Below, piece by piece: positions 1 to 8,801 of a DNA stretch of 39,458 bases. The position numbers and the translations under genes are program-made. The stretch spans positions 1 through 39,458 of the forward strand of contig JAZOBX010000337.1 in assembly GCA_045596205.1 (NCBI GenBank), in the 5' to 3' direction. Positions within the stretch are counted from its first letter, which is position 1. Every line of letters starts with the position of its first letter. The notes below the pieces were generated by a model. That model did no database searches and was not told the DNA's origin. It worked only from the letters and a program-made list of their open reading frames with translations. Source of the stretch: Eubacteriales bacterium. GTDB lineage: Bacteria > Bacillota > Clostridia > Oscillospirales > CAG-272.

Positions 1-262
1 TGCGTAGCAACTTCACTGTGCAACGCACAACCTCGCTTTCGCCTACGGCGAAAACTAAGTTTGCCCACTTCGCAAAGCGAAGGGGCAAGTGAAGTGATCT
101 TCAATAGTGAAGTTTCACAGATGAAGTGAAGTTTGCACCGCAGGCGGTGCAAGTGAAGAGTTGTTTTAGGCAAACTGAACATCACTTGTGCTAAGCACAA
201 ACTTCACTGCGTAGCAACTTCACTGTGCAACGCACAACCTCGCCTTCGCCTGCGGCGAAAGC
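1..262. repeat. Mosaic hairpin-array intergenic repeat (CTTCAC/GTGAAG word type), truncated by the window start
   Basis: Non-coding. A direct repeat at 1-55 vs 208-262 (tgcgtagcaacttcactgtgcaacgcacaacctcgc.ttcgcct.cggcgaaa) has 2 mismatches. Between the copies is a chain of unrelated hairpins, e.g. 61-88 (12-bp stem with a 1-nt bulge) and 133-152 (ttgcaccgc/gcggtgcaa, 9 bp). The hairpins are separated by the word CTTCAC (11, 202, 218) or its complement GTGAAG (89, 107, 126, 153). Confidence 0.6.
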
Positions 263-267
263 TTTGC

Positions 268-304
268 TAAAAGAAAAAGAGGCAGTCGCAAAAGCGACTG
301 CCTC
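268..304 (-). terminator. Rho-independent terminator of the PL8 lyase gene
   Basis: An 11-bp stem gaggcagtcgc (279-289) / gcgactgcctc (294-304) with a 4-nt loop lies 13 nt past the stop at 317. It is followed on the minus strand by a T-rich run (complement of 268-278 aaaagaaaaa). Confidence 0.75.
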
Positions 305-316
305 AAAAGGGATCAA

Positions 317-3300
317 TTAATTTTTGGGAGTTGCGGTGAAGACGAGGGAGGCACCCAGAGCTTCGTTGGCGTTAAGGGTCACAACGGTCTTGCCATCCTG
401 GATGGAGGAACCGGTTACTTTTTCGCCTGTGATGTTCCATTCGCCGTCAAGGGTGAGGGTAAGAACGGGAAGCTTGTGGGTAGGATCGCTTACACTGTAA
501 TCAAAGCTGCCGTCTTTGTTGTCTACCTTTACAACAACGGATGCGGTGCTGCTGCGTACGCCTTCAGCATAGGTACCGTACCAGAATACGTAACCTGTGG
601 TGTTGGAGGATACTTCGCGTACAACGGATACGAAGTTGTGGGCGCGAACAACCACGATGTCAGGATTTGCAGCGTATGCGGCTACTTCGTCTGCGGTCAT
701 TTCGGGCAGAACAACGTATGCATATTTTTCATCCTGAGGAGCGGTGCCGTGGTTGATGTAGATCTGACCGTAACGGTTTGCGCTGGCGCCGGAGTGCTTG
801 ATGGTCACGTCTTCCTTAGTGGGGAAGTAGTAACCGCCGAAGGTTTCAACGGTGATGTAGTCAACGCCTTCGTAGACGGTGGCTTTATCACTGGTCTTGA
901 TGGCTTCGCCGTTTACGCCGATGGCATAGTAAACGGAAGCGGTCTTGTTGAGGGTGTGGTTACCAACGATGGTGTAAACGTCGCCAACGTTGATTTCTTC
1001 AGTGTTGGAAGCGTTGATGCCGGAACCGACACAAACGATTTCGCCGTCAAAGAAGAAGTATGCCTTTTGGGCGCGGAGGTCACTTGTCAGACCTTGGATA
1101 TCATCGCTTGTGTTGTACTTAAGGTACATAGCGGATGCAGCGTAGATACCGTGGGAAGCACCACCAACAAATTCGTGACGGTTCTTCAGGTTGGTATCAG
1201 CGGTGTACTGTTGAGGTACGCGAGGAGTGGAGGAGACGGTGGTACCGGGGATCATCATCTTATCCAGACCTTGGTGATAGTCGCTGTCGTAGTTGTGTGC
1301 TTCGCTACCGTAGATAAACAGAGCGCCGTCGCCCAGGTGCCAGCCGTTGCTACCTGCGCCGTTAATGGCTTCGTAGCGTTCGGTACGGGTAGAGGACATC
1401 AGGATAACTGCAGAGAATTTTTCGCCGTGGGTCACAACTCTGTCCATACCGCCGAAGATATGAGAGTAGTGGTAGCCGGAGCGAGGAGTGATATCGGTGC
1501 GAGCCTGATATTCTGCATAGTATGCACGGTTGATCAGAGGCAGGTTGCCTGCGATGTTGCCGTAGGTAGCGGGGTCTGCGATTTCGTAGTATTTGAGAGT
1601 CTGATAGAAACGTTCTCTCATGGCTTCGGAAGCGTATTCGGACAGGATGAAGGTGTTGGAAACAATACCTTTCGCAGAGCCTGCGCCCATACCTCTACCG
1701 CTGGAGCCGTAGATAGCGTAACCGTCATAGATCAGAGGTTCTGCGCTGTCAAAGAAGAATTGCAGAATCTTGTCGGAGTAGATTTGGGAGAACTTCTTGC
1801 CATCAATGGTGATGTCGAAGGGAGTGCCTTCCAGGAAGTACAGCTCGTTGGTGATAGAACCAAAGAAGCTGGAGCCGTAACCGTGGATGTAAGAAAGGTC
1901 TTTGTGCTGAATGAAGGAACCGTCTTCGTAGAAGCCGTCGCTGGAGGTCACGTAATCAAATACGTTGAGCAGCTGTTGGATAGCGGGTTCCACGCGAGCG
2001 CCGTCCTGCTGGAGCATGATAGAACCGATGGCAGGCTGTGCAATCCAGGTACGGTTTGCAGCAGTTGCGCCGATAGGATAGCAGCAATCGTCAACCGCCC
2101 AGAGGATCTTCTTAAGGAAGTCCATAGAGACGTGTTCTTCAATGATCATCAGCGCGTCAACCAGTTCGGTAGGCGTACCGATCTGCCATTGCCACCAGTT
2201 ACCGGGACGGGATTTACCAACGTTGAAGCCGTATACACCGGGGGTGCCGTCGCCGTCTGCATCGTAGTCGCAAAGGAAAGTCAGAGCGTCAACGATCTTG
2301 GCGAGAAGCGCTTCGTCGTGGTAGTAATCAGAACCGGGAGTACCCCAACCGAGAGCCATTTGTTTGACTCTCTTGTATTGGTTTTCAACGCCAACTTCGG
2401 AAGTCAGGTCTTTGAGGTTGCTCCAGAGATAGGTGCGGTCTGCTGCGGTGTTCATGCTGTTGGCATGGCCGATAGCGGTCTGACCTCTGGATTTACCGGT
2501 GCTGGCAGGAGTGATATCTTCGTTGCCAACCAGGTATTCGCGCCATTTATCCTTCACAGCCTTGTAATCTGCGGAGGTAAAGCTGGAAGTATCAATCTTA
2601 TAAGGAGAATCGTTGCCTACCAGATAAATATCGTCAATGTAAGCAATGGTAGAGAATTTGTAAGTACCGTCTGCATTCTTAGCATCCAGGTTACCGGACC
2701 AACCGTTTTGCTGGAAACGGATATCGTTGACCTTGGTCTTGTCAGCGCCGCCGCTGAATGACCATTCCTGGGTAGACAGGTCGAAGGTCACTTGCTTCCA
2801 ACCGGTCCAGTTGAGAGGCAGGGTGTATACGTTACCGGAACCGCCGGACAGATACCAGAAGATCATGATACCGCCGTGGGGGTTAGCGTTGTACATCATG
2901 AAGGTCAGAGCAGAGTAACCGGTAAAGTCGGTTTCGCTGAATCTGAAACGGGTGTTCACAGCAGTGCCGTCAACGTATTGGTACAGAGCCGCTTTTTGAC
3001 CGTTGGGCATAGTTGCGCCCTGGCTGGCTTTGCTGGCATCAACGAGCAGAACGGAGCCTGCGGGAAGCTTCAGACCGTCGTGTGCGGGAAGGGAGGTCAA
3101 AGGCACCTTGATATCGGGGGAAGCTGCCTTTTCCCATTTTGCATAAACGGTAACGTCGGTGAGGCTGTCTCTTGTGATAGAGGTAATCTTGCTGTCTTCG
3201 CTGAAGTCAGGAGAAGAGTACCAACCCATGAAGGCGTAGCCGTTGGCAACGGGATCATAGAGTGTCAGAGGAGATGCTTCGGGATTCCACTCGTAGGAGG

Positions 3301-3760
3301 TGGGGTTATCGCTGTCGTTTACAGGGCCTTCTACTTCTTGACCCATGTTGTATTTCACATTAACGACCACAAGGCTCCAACGGGCATACAGAGTGATGTC
3401 GCCGCTCTCGTATTGCAGATTGGAGATAGCTTCGCCCTGGAAAGTGGGGGAAGTGTACCAACCTTCAAATACGTGACCGTATCTGGTGGGAGCGTAAACT
3501 TTTGCTTCGGTACCGGGGATGTAAATTTGCGGGTTGCCGCCGTTTTGCTGACCGCCGTTGAGCTCATAGGAAACGCTCTTGGGAGTCTCATAACTACCGC
3601 TGGGCAGTTGAGAGGAGGTGTCAGAGGGTTGAGTGGGGGTTTGGGAAGAGGTGGGAGTATCGTTTGTGGTTGTGGTATCAACTTGACGAACGGGGTCGCA
3701 AGAGCACAGACCAACGATGACCAAAACTGCCACTACAACGAGAAGGACGAGCTTTTTCAT
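317..3760 (-). CDS. Polysaccharide lyase family 8 (hyaluronate/chondroitin/xanthan-lyase-like) lipoprotein with two Listeria-Bacteroides (Flg_new) repeats and a CBM-like module
   Basis: The start is moved to ATG 3760 (MKKLVLL...), preceded by AAGGAGA with a 6-nt spacer; the track start at 3838 lies inside the promoter. Signal peptide with a lipobox-like LCSC. There are two ...GW(Y)(T/S)SP.F... repeats ending Y(A)(R/K)W. PL8 hallmarks: NWWQWQIGTP (compare NWWDYEIGTP), ANRTW, and DGSFIQHKDLSYIHGYG, which holds the catalytic His and Tyr (compare DGSYIDH..AYTGAYG). Confidence 0.85.
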   Translation of the reverse strand: MKKLVLLVVVAVLVIVGLCSCDPVRQVDTTTTNDTPTSSQTPTQPSDTSSQLPSGSYETPKSVSYELNGGQQNGGNPQIYIPGTEAKVYAPTRYGHVFEGWYTSPTFQGEAISNLQYESGDITLYARWSLVVVNVKYNMGQEVEGPVNDSDNPTSYEWNPEASPLTLYDPVANGYAFMGWYSSPDFSEDSKITSITRDSLTDVTVYAKWEKAASPDIKVPLTSLPAHDGLKLPAGSVLLVDASKASQGATMPNGQKAALYQYVDGTAVNTRFRFSETDFTGYSALTFMMYNANPHGGIMIFWYLSGGSGNVYTLPLNWTGWKQVTFDLSTQEWSFSGGADKTKVNDIRFQQNGWSGNLDAKNADGTYKFSTIAYIDDIYLVGNDSPYKIDTSSFTSADYKAVKDKWREYLVGNEDITPASTGKSRGQTAIGHANSMNTAADRTYLWSNLKDLTSEVGVENQYKRVKQMALGWGTPGSDYYHDEALLAKIVDALTFLCDYDADGDGTPGVYGFNVGKSRPGNWWQWQIGTPTELVDALMIIEEHVSMDFLKKILWAVDDCCYPIGATAANRTWIAQPAIGSIMLQQDGARVEPAIQQLLNVFDYVTSSDGFYEDGSFIQHKDLSYIHGYGSSFFGSITNELYFLEGTPFDITIDGKKFSQIYSDKILQFFFDSAEPLIYDGYAIYGSSGRGMGAGSAKGIVSNTFILSEYASEAMRERFYQTLKYYEIADPATYGNIAGNLPLINRAYYAEYQARTDITPRSGYHYSHIFGGMDRVVTHGEKFSAVILMSSTRTERYEAINGAGSNGWHLGDGALFIYGSEAHNYDSDYHQGLDKMMIPGTTVSSTPRVPQQYTADTNLKNRHEFVGGASHGIYAASAMYLKYNTSDDIQGLTSDLRAQKAYFFFDGEIVCVGSGINASNTEEINVGDVYTIVGNHTLNKTASVYYAIGVNGEAIKTSDKATVYEGVDYITVETFGGYYFPTKEDVTIKHSGASANRYGQIYINHGTAPQDEKYAYVVLPEMTADEVAAYAANPDIVVVRAHNFVSVVREVSSNTTGYVFWYGTYAEGVRSSTASVVVKVDNKDGSFDYSVSDPTHKLPVLTLTLDGEWNITGEKVTGSSIQDGKTVVTLNANEALGASLVFTATPKN

Positions 3761-3829
3761 GTGATTTCTCCTTAAAAAATAATTTTCAAAATCAAATCTT
3801 GAATAAAATAATATTATCCAAGTATAAAT

Positions 3830-3858
3830 ATTATACATGATGCGTCCATTTCTGTCAA
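3830..3858 (-). promoter_or_regulatory. Sigma-A type promoter for the PL8 lyase gene
   Basis: On the minus strand: TTGACA (3858-3853), a 17-nt spacer ending in TG, then TATAAT (3835-3830). This gives an extended -10, TGTATAAT. Confidence 0.6.
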
Positions 3859-3955
3859 GGCGTACCCCAACATTTTATTGCACAAAAAAACCGCGGTCTT
3901 TTAGCACATTTTTACAATTTCTCCTCCGAAAAAGTGTATTTCGTGGGAAAAAGTA

Positions 3956-3985
3956 TTGCAGAGGATGCAGATTTTGTGGTATACT
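3956..3985 (+). promoter_or_regulatory. Candidate promoter for the YugP-type peptidase gene
   Basis: TTGCAG (3956-3961), an 18-nt spacer, then TATACT (3980-3985) preceded by TGTGG. The same TGTGGTATACT 11-mer recurs at 6284-6294. Confidence 0.4.
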
Positions 3986-4081
3986 ATCAATTGGAAACTA
4001 AACGAAAGAAAAGGATCGCTTCACACAAAAGGCAGGAATGCTCTTGTATGAACGGGAATCCTGCAAAAACAAGGAGACGCT

Positions 4082-4798
4082 ATGTTTTATATTGACTACA
4101 CATACATTATTTTGGTTTTGCCCGCCGTACTGTTCGCCATGGTGGCGAGCATGATGGTGAATTCCACTTTCAACCGCTACAGTAAACAGCATACCCGCTG
4201 TGGGCTGACGGGCTACGGCGCCGCACGCGCCGTTCTGGATGCCAACGGTCTTCATCATGTTCAGATCGAATGTATTTCGGGAAATCTCACCGACCACTAC
4301 GATCCCCGTACCAACGTCATCCGTCTGTCTCAGGCAGTGTATCACAGCACCTCTTCCGCCGCTGTGGGCGTTGCCGCTCACGAAGCGGGACACGCTATCC
4401 AGCACGCGGAAGCGTATCTGCCCATCAAAATCCGTTCCGCCATTATTCCCATCACCAATTTTGCTTCCCGTCTGGCAATGCCGCTGATTCTCGCGGGCAT
4501 TTTGCTGACGGTGTTCGGAGAGGTATTCTTCTATGTGGCGGTGGCAGGCGTGGTTTGCTTTTCACTTAGCGCCGTATTTCAGCTGGTGACGCTCCCCACC
4601 GAATTTAACGCCAGCCGTCGCGCTCTTCACGCCATCAAAAACGAAACCCGTCTGAGTCCAAGCGAGGTTGCGGGCGCCAAGAAGGTGCTCACCGCCGCCG
4701 CCATGACCTACGTTGCCGCCCTTGCAGTGTCACTGGCGCAGCTGCTCCGACTTGTGTTGCTGGTGGCCAGAGTCAGCGGTGGCAGAAGAAGAGACTGA
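4082..4798 (+). CDS. yugP: Membrane zinc metallopeptidase, YugP / Zn_peptidase_2 family
   Basis: RBS AAGGAGA lies 6 nt upstream. N-terminal TM segment, then NRYS...LTDHYDP..NVIRLS...S.AAVGVAAHEAGHAIQH (HExxH) and C-terminal TM segments. This is the typical YugP layout. Confidence 0.8.
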   Translation: MFYIDYTYIILVLPAVLFAMVASMMVNSTFNRYSKQHTRCGLTGYGAARAVLDANGLHHVQIECISGNLTDHYDPRTNVIRLSQAVYHSTSSAAVGVAAHEAGHAIQHAEAYLPIKIRSAIIPITNFASRLAMPLILAGILLTVFGEVFFYVAVAGVVCFSLSAVFQLVTLPTEFNASRRALHAIKNETRLSPSEVAGAKKVLTAAAMTYVAALAVSLAQLLRLVLLVARVSGGRRRD

Positions 4799-4880
4799 GT
4801 CTGGTTTTGAGACGTGAAAAACGGACGCAATATCTTCCCATCCGCCATCCGTCTCACTTCCTGTGTGCCTTCTCTGCCAT

Positions 4881-4917
4881 AAATAAAAATGGCGCACCTG
4901 CTTCTGGCAGGTACGCC
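4881..4917 (-). terminator. Terminator downstream of the 65-aa ORF
   Basis: Hairpin 4891-4917 (ggcg.acctgc / gcaggt.cgcc, 10 bp with one mismatch and loop ttct). It is followed on the minus strand by ATTTTTATTT (complement of 4881-4890). Confidence 0.5.
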
Positions 4918-4930
4918 GAATGCTTTTCGC

Positions 4931-5128
4931 TTACCGAATTTCGGGTGTGGAACGCACGATGTCTTCCACCACCTGGCTTACGTGTTGCTTATCTTTTGCC
5001 CTTTCTGCTTTTTTGGTCCATTCCTTCTTGCGATGGGCGGGCATGGACATAAACGCCAGCAGCGCATCGGGTCGGGAGGCCAACGCCATTCCAAACTCCA
5101 AGGGAACGCTTTCTTTTTCCTCTTTCAT
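4931..5128 (-). CDS. Small hypothetical protein (65 aa)
   Basis: Strong RBS AAAGGAGAAAAAATG and its own downstream terminator. The basic/helical sequence (..ALLAFMSMPAHRKKEWTKKAERAK..) resembles YdeI/OmdA-type C-terminal regions only weakly, so no function is assigned. Confidence 0.5.
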   Translation of the reverse strand: MKEEKESVPLEFGMALASRPDALLAFMSMPAHRKKEWTKKAERAKDKQHVSQVVEDIVRSTPEIR

Positions 5129-5302
5129 TTTTTCTCCTTTTTGGCATTTTGATGGGTGCCGTCCTTCTTACTATGGACGGAAAAACCCTATTCTATACAA
5201 GCCAAAACATTCCCAATTTTTAAAAACCCCCTATCTTTTTTAAGATAAACCTGAATAACCACAGTCAAAGAACTGTTTGATGGATACAAAGGAAAATCAC
5301 CC

Positions 5303-6217
5303 ATGATTTCAGTCGAAACCCCTCGGCTTTCTCTATCTTGCGAGGATGTAAAAGCCCTTGAAGAAGCCTTTGGAGAAAACGAAAGTCGCTTTTGCGACTG
5401 TACCAAATGGAACACTCTCCTTTGGGGAGAATATCTGTCTCTAAGCCTGCTTACCACCGAGCGCGGCAAGGTGCTGCAGAGAGAAATGATGGACGGCACA
5501 CCCACCTATACCGCCCTGTTCCCCCATACCTTTACCTCTGAAACGGTGGCTTTTTTGCGCCTCTTGGCAAAGGAAAACGGACATCCCTTAACGCTTTTCC
5601 CCTTGACGGCAAAAGAAAAAGACGGCTTGCTTGCCGCCTATCCCGAAGCCGTCGCCCGAACCTCTCCCGATTGGAGCGACTATCTCTATTCTCTTTCCTC
5701 TCTTGCTCTTTTTAAGGGCAAAAAGTATAACGGTCAGCGCAACCACTTTAACCGCTTTCACGCCAACTATCCCGACAGCGCTTGTCTCCCCATAGACGAT
5801 ACTACCCGCGTAGCTACGCTTGCCTTTTTAGAGGCGTTTTACAGGGAAGCCACCTTGTCTCCTGCCGTTTTGGCAGAGCAAAAACAACTGTTTCGCCTGG
5901 TAGAGTCCCATCCCCTTGACGGCAGAGACGGTCTCTTTGGACGGGTGGTGATGGCAGAAGGCAGGGCGGTGGCAATGGCTATGGCAGAACGGGTGGGAGA
6001 CACCCTCTACGTCCATGCTGAAAAAGCCCTCCGCGACTGCAGAGGCGCATACCAGGCCATTGTCAGCGGTATGGCATCTCTTTTTTTGGACACGGCGGTT
6101 TGCTTTGTCAACCGTGAGGAAGACGACGGCAACGAAGGCCTGCGCACTTCAAAACTCTCCTATCATCCCGTAGAAATTCTGGAAAAGTGGTGTGTCACCT
6201 TTCCCCCGATACCGTAA
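5303..6217 (+). CDS. DUF2156 / LPG-synthase-C-like (GNAT-fold) domain protein
   Basis: The motif LFKGKKYNGQRNHFNRFHANYP matches the family hallmark G.k....RN..N.F...y. The ~300-aa size is typical. Confidence 0.55.
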   Translation: MISVETPRLSLSCEDVKALEEAFGENESRFCDCTKWNTLLWGEYLSLSLLTTERGKVLQREMMDGTPTYTALFPHTFTSETVAFLRLLAKENGHPLTLFPLTAKEKDGLLAAYPEAVARTSPDWSDYLYSLSSLALFKGKKYNGQRNHFNRFHANYPDSACLPIDDTTRVATLAFLEAFYREATLSPAVLAEQKQLFRLVESHPLDGRDGLFGRVVMAEGRAVAMAMAERVGDTLYVHAEKALRDCRGAYQAIVSGMASLFLDTAVCFVNREEDDGNEGLRTSKLSYHPVEILEKWCVTFPPIP

Positions 6218-6264
6218 AATCAACTGTTTTCCGCGAAAAACTGCCAAAAAATCCCGCTCTTCCA

Positions 6265-6294
6265 TTGACAACCCTTGCTTTTATGTGGTATACT
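6265..6294 (+). promoter_or_regulatory. Candidate promoter of the MinD-like/MGS-like (and possibly holA) unit
   Basis: TTGACA (6265-6270), an 18-nt spacer, then TATACT (6289-6294) with an upstream TGTGG extended -10. Confidence 0.5.
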
Positions 6295-6355
6295 GTAACT
6301 AATTATTTGTAGGTAACTGCAGAGATAGCAAGACAGACGGGGAAAGGATACGGAT

Positions 6356-7132
6356 ATGCAAAAGAAAAACAGAATCTGGACCGTTTCCTCCAAAGGCGGC
6401 GTTGGCACCTCTACGGTCTGCGTCAATCTGGCGCGGGCTTTTGCCGCGGCGGGACTTCGTGTGTTACTGGTAGACCTGGATACCACCGCTCCTTCTCTGG
6501 ATATGCTGCTGGGTGTGGAAAACTCCGTCTATGACGTCAAAGACGTATTGCTTGGCAGAATGCGTGTGGCGGACGCAGTGGTGCGTCTCCCCCATTCCCC
6601 CAATATGTATTTGCTTTGCGGCACCCTTGATCCCACAGCAGACCTGTGTCTGACCAATCTGTCCGCCGCCCTTGACGAGGCGGAGCAGAGCCTTGGCGTG
6701 TCTGTGGTCTTGCTCAATACCCACGGCCCGGGACACCATGCCAAAACCGTTGCCTCGGTGGTCACCGATACCCTGCTCGTTACCCATCCCGGTGCGCTTT
6801 CCCTTCATGCGGCAGAGCAATGCGGCGTATTTCTCCGTGGCATAGAAGCCCCGAATTTAAGACTTGTTATCAACCAATATAATATTGAAACGGCAGAACC
6901 CCCCCTCATTTCTTTGATAGACGCCACAGGTGTTCAACTGATCGGTGTGATTCCTGACGATAAAGAAATGGCCAATGCCCAACTGCAGGGCAAGATGGCA
7001 AAAGAAGGGGCAACCCCCAACACCGTCTGCGCTTTCCGCAATATCGCTCACCGCTTGCGCGGACAGCACGCCCCGCTCTTCTCCCGCTTTAAGGGGATCC
7101 GCCGCCGTAAACTGATCTCACCTTTGCTTTGA
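6356..7132 (+). CDS. MinD/ParA-family P-loop protein with a degenerate Walker A
   Basis: N-terminus VSSKGGVGTSTVCVNLARAFAAAGLRVLLVDLD aligns to MinD SGKGGVGKTT...VIDFD. The signature Lys (SKGG) is kept, but the canonical GK(T/S) lysine is Thr (GVGTST). Confidence 0.7.
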   Translation: MQKKNRIWTVSSKGGVGTSTVCVNLARAFAAAGLRVLLVDLDTTAPSLDMLLGVENSVYDVKDVLLGRMRVADAVVRLPHSPNMYLLCGTLDPTADLCLTNLSAALDEAEQSLGVSVVLLNTHGPGHHAKTVASVVTDTLLVTHPGALSLHAAEQCGVFLRGIEAPNLRLVINQYNIETAEPPLISLIDATGVQLIGVIPDDKEMANAQLQGKMAKEGATPNTVCAFRNIAHRLRGQHAPLFSRFKGIRRRKLISPLL

Positions 7133-7154
7133 AATAGACGAAAGGACAATCAAA

Positions 7155-7580
7155 ATGGAAATTGCAATCATTGCCGACGACAGCAAAAAAGAACTGATGG
7201 CGCAATTCTGTATTGCCTACTGTGGCATTTTAAGCCGTCATCACCTCGTGGCGACCCAAACCACGGGTAAATATATCGCAGAGGCAACGGGCCTGGAGAT
7301 TGATTTTCTCATGAGCGGCTCAACGGGTGGCGCAGAGCAGCTTGCCGCCTGCGTTTCCCTCAATGAAGTGGACCTGCTTTTCTATTTCAGAGACACCGAG
7401 CCCGGTTTTGTGCATGAAGTAGATTTGGAGCTGCTCCGTCTTTGCGACATTCAAAACGTTCCCGTTGCCACCAATATTGCCACCGCCGAGGTGCTGGTAA
7501 TGGCTTTGGACAACGGCGCATTGGATTGGAGAGAAATCGTCAATCCCCGCTCCGAATACAACCGTCGGCGCAAAAAATAA
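7155..7580 (+). CDS. Methylglyoxal synthase-like (MGS-like) domain protein, catalytic residues substituted
   Basis: Collinear with MgsA (..ATGTTG..SGP.GGDQQ..PHDPD..IP.ATN..). Here IAHD is replaced by IADD, ATGTTG by ATQTTG and GGDQQ by GGAEQ, so the catalytic Asp is lost. VHEVD is retained. Confidence 0.7.
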   Translation: MEIAIIADDSKKELMAQFCIAYCGILSRHHLVATQTTGKYIAEATGLEIDFLMSGSTGGAEQLAACVSLNEVDLLFYFRDTEPGFVHEVDLELLRLCDIQNVPVATNIATAEVLVMALDNGALDWREIVNPRSEYNRRRKK

Positions 7581-7599
7581 GATAGCGCCGTAATTTTTT

Positions 7600-7629
7600 C
7601 GTGACGAACCGTCAAAACGGTTCGTCACG
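7600..7629 (+). terminator. 12-bp perfect hairpin between the MGS-like gene and holA (weak terminator or processing/stability element)
   Basis: cgtgacgaaccg / cggttcgtcacg with loop tcaaaa. The downstream tract is only TTCCCTT, so termination is probably partial. Confidence 0.35.
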
Positions 7630-7660
7630 TTCCCTTCGGAAGGCTGAAAGTGAGGATACC

Positions 7661-8704
7661 ATGACTTTGCAAGAGTTGAAGCAGGCGATGACGCAAGGAG
7701 ACGTGTCGGGCTGCTTTTTGTTTTATGGGGAAGAAGACTATCTCAAACAGCACTACGCCGCAGAACTGCGCCGTCACTTGCTGGACGGAGCGGCTCTGCC
7801 CGAGCTGAATCATACCGTCTTCGACGCCCAGGATATGACTACCGCCGCCATATTGGATGCGGCAAAAGCATTGCCTGTAATGGCAGACTACAGGGTGGTG
7901 GAATGGCGCCACGCAGATATTGAGGGCATGAAGCCCAAAGACTTTGAACGGTTACTTGAAGTGTGTGAAGAAATCAAGCAGGAGTATCCCTATACTGCCT
8001 TTCTCATTCTGCCCACGGTAGAGGGTCTTGACGTGGGAGTAGGTAAAAGGGTAGGCGACCGCCTTGGTAAATTGCAGAAAACAGCGCAATGGGTGTATTT
8101 TCCCCATAGCACCGACGGACAGCTGGTGTCTTGGATCCACCGCCACTTCGCCCATGAAAAGCTAAACGATTCCGCCGAGGTCTGCCGTTTACTGCTCACT
8201 CGCTGCGGCCACGATATGTGGGAGCTGAGCCGTGAAATTGACAAGGTGGTCTGCTTTGTCAAGCAAAAAGGGAGCGACACCGTCACCCCTGCCCACGTGG
8301 AAGCCGTCACCTCCGTCAACCGCGAAAACGATACTTATGCCCTGAGCAACGCCCTTCTTGAGGGCAACATTTCTCTTGCCTTTTCCTGCTTTGAAGAACT
8401 GAAAAACTGCCGCACCGACCCTGCTATCGTGGCGGGACAGCTCTTTCGGGTGTATGCGGACCTTGCTACCGTCAGCGTATTGGTCACGGAAGGCAGAAAC
8501 ACCGACGATATCGCTAAAATTCTCCATATGAACGCCTATAAAGCAGGGCTTTACGTGAAAGCCGCCAAGCGGATGACGGCAGATGCGGTCAAAAATGCCC
8601 TTGAGGCTTGCAAGCAAACCGATCTGTACTATAAAAGCGTATACGTAAACACCTATGACCAGCTGGAAAAGCTGCTGATCCGCATTATCGGCAAAAAGCA
8701 CTAA
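7661..8704 (+). CDS. holA: DNA polymerase III delta subunit
   Basis: The start is moved to ATG 7661, with GAGGA 6 nt upstream; the track start at 7601 lies inside the hairpin. N-terminus ..CFLFYGEEDYLKQHY.. and the ~345-aa length are typical of HolA. Confidence 0.75.
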   Translation: MTLQELKQAMTQGDVSGCFLFYGEEDYLKQHYAAELRRHLLDGAALPELNHTVFDAQDMTTAAILDAAKALPVMADYRVVEWRHADIEGMKPKDFERLLEVCEEIKQEYPYTAFLILPTVEGLDVGVGKRVGDRLGKLQKTAQWVYFPHSTDGQLVSWIHRHFAHEKLNDSAEVCRLLLTRCGHDMWELSREIDKVVCFVKQKGSDTVTPAHVEAVTSVNRENDTYALSNALLEGNISLAFSCFEELKNCRTDPAIVAGQLFRVYADLATVSVLVTEGRNTDDIAKILHMNAYKAGLYVKAAKRMTADAVKNALEACKQTDLYYKSVYVNTYDQLEKLLIRIIGKKH

Positions 8705-8801
8705 GTAGCTTGAAAAACCGCTTTGCGCAGACAAGATGAAAACGGTTTTTTAAGCATGAGAGGCTCGTTTTGTCTCCATTCATGAGTGAATAAAAATGCA
8801 A

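Noticed and set aside
476..2761. 761-aa plus-strand ORF (and 2792-3775, 327 aa) opposite the PL8 gene
   Set aside because: It lies entirely antisense to a gene with strong family motifs. The translation is Val/Gly/Ala-rich low complexity, typical of a shadow frame. There is no RBS.
3761..3838. Longer N-terminus for the PL8 gene (track start 3838, MYNIYTWIILFY...)
   Set aside because: The extension overlaps the -10/-35 promoter elements and has no RBS. ATG 3760 has AAGGAGA upstream and begins a textbook lipoprotein signal peptide.
7155..7580. Annotating this gene as functional methylglyoxal synthase (mgsA)
   Set aside because: The catalytic Asp of the GGDQQ motif is Ala, and the His of the AHD motif is Asp. 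It is called only an MGS-like domain protein.
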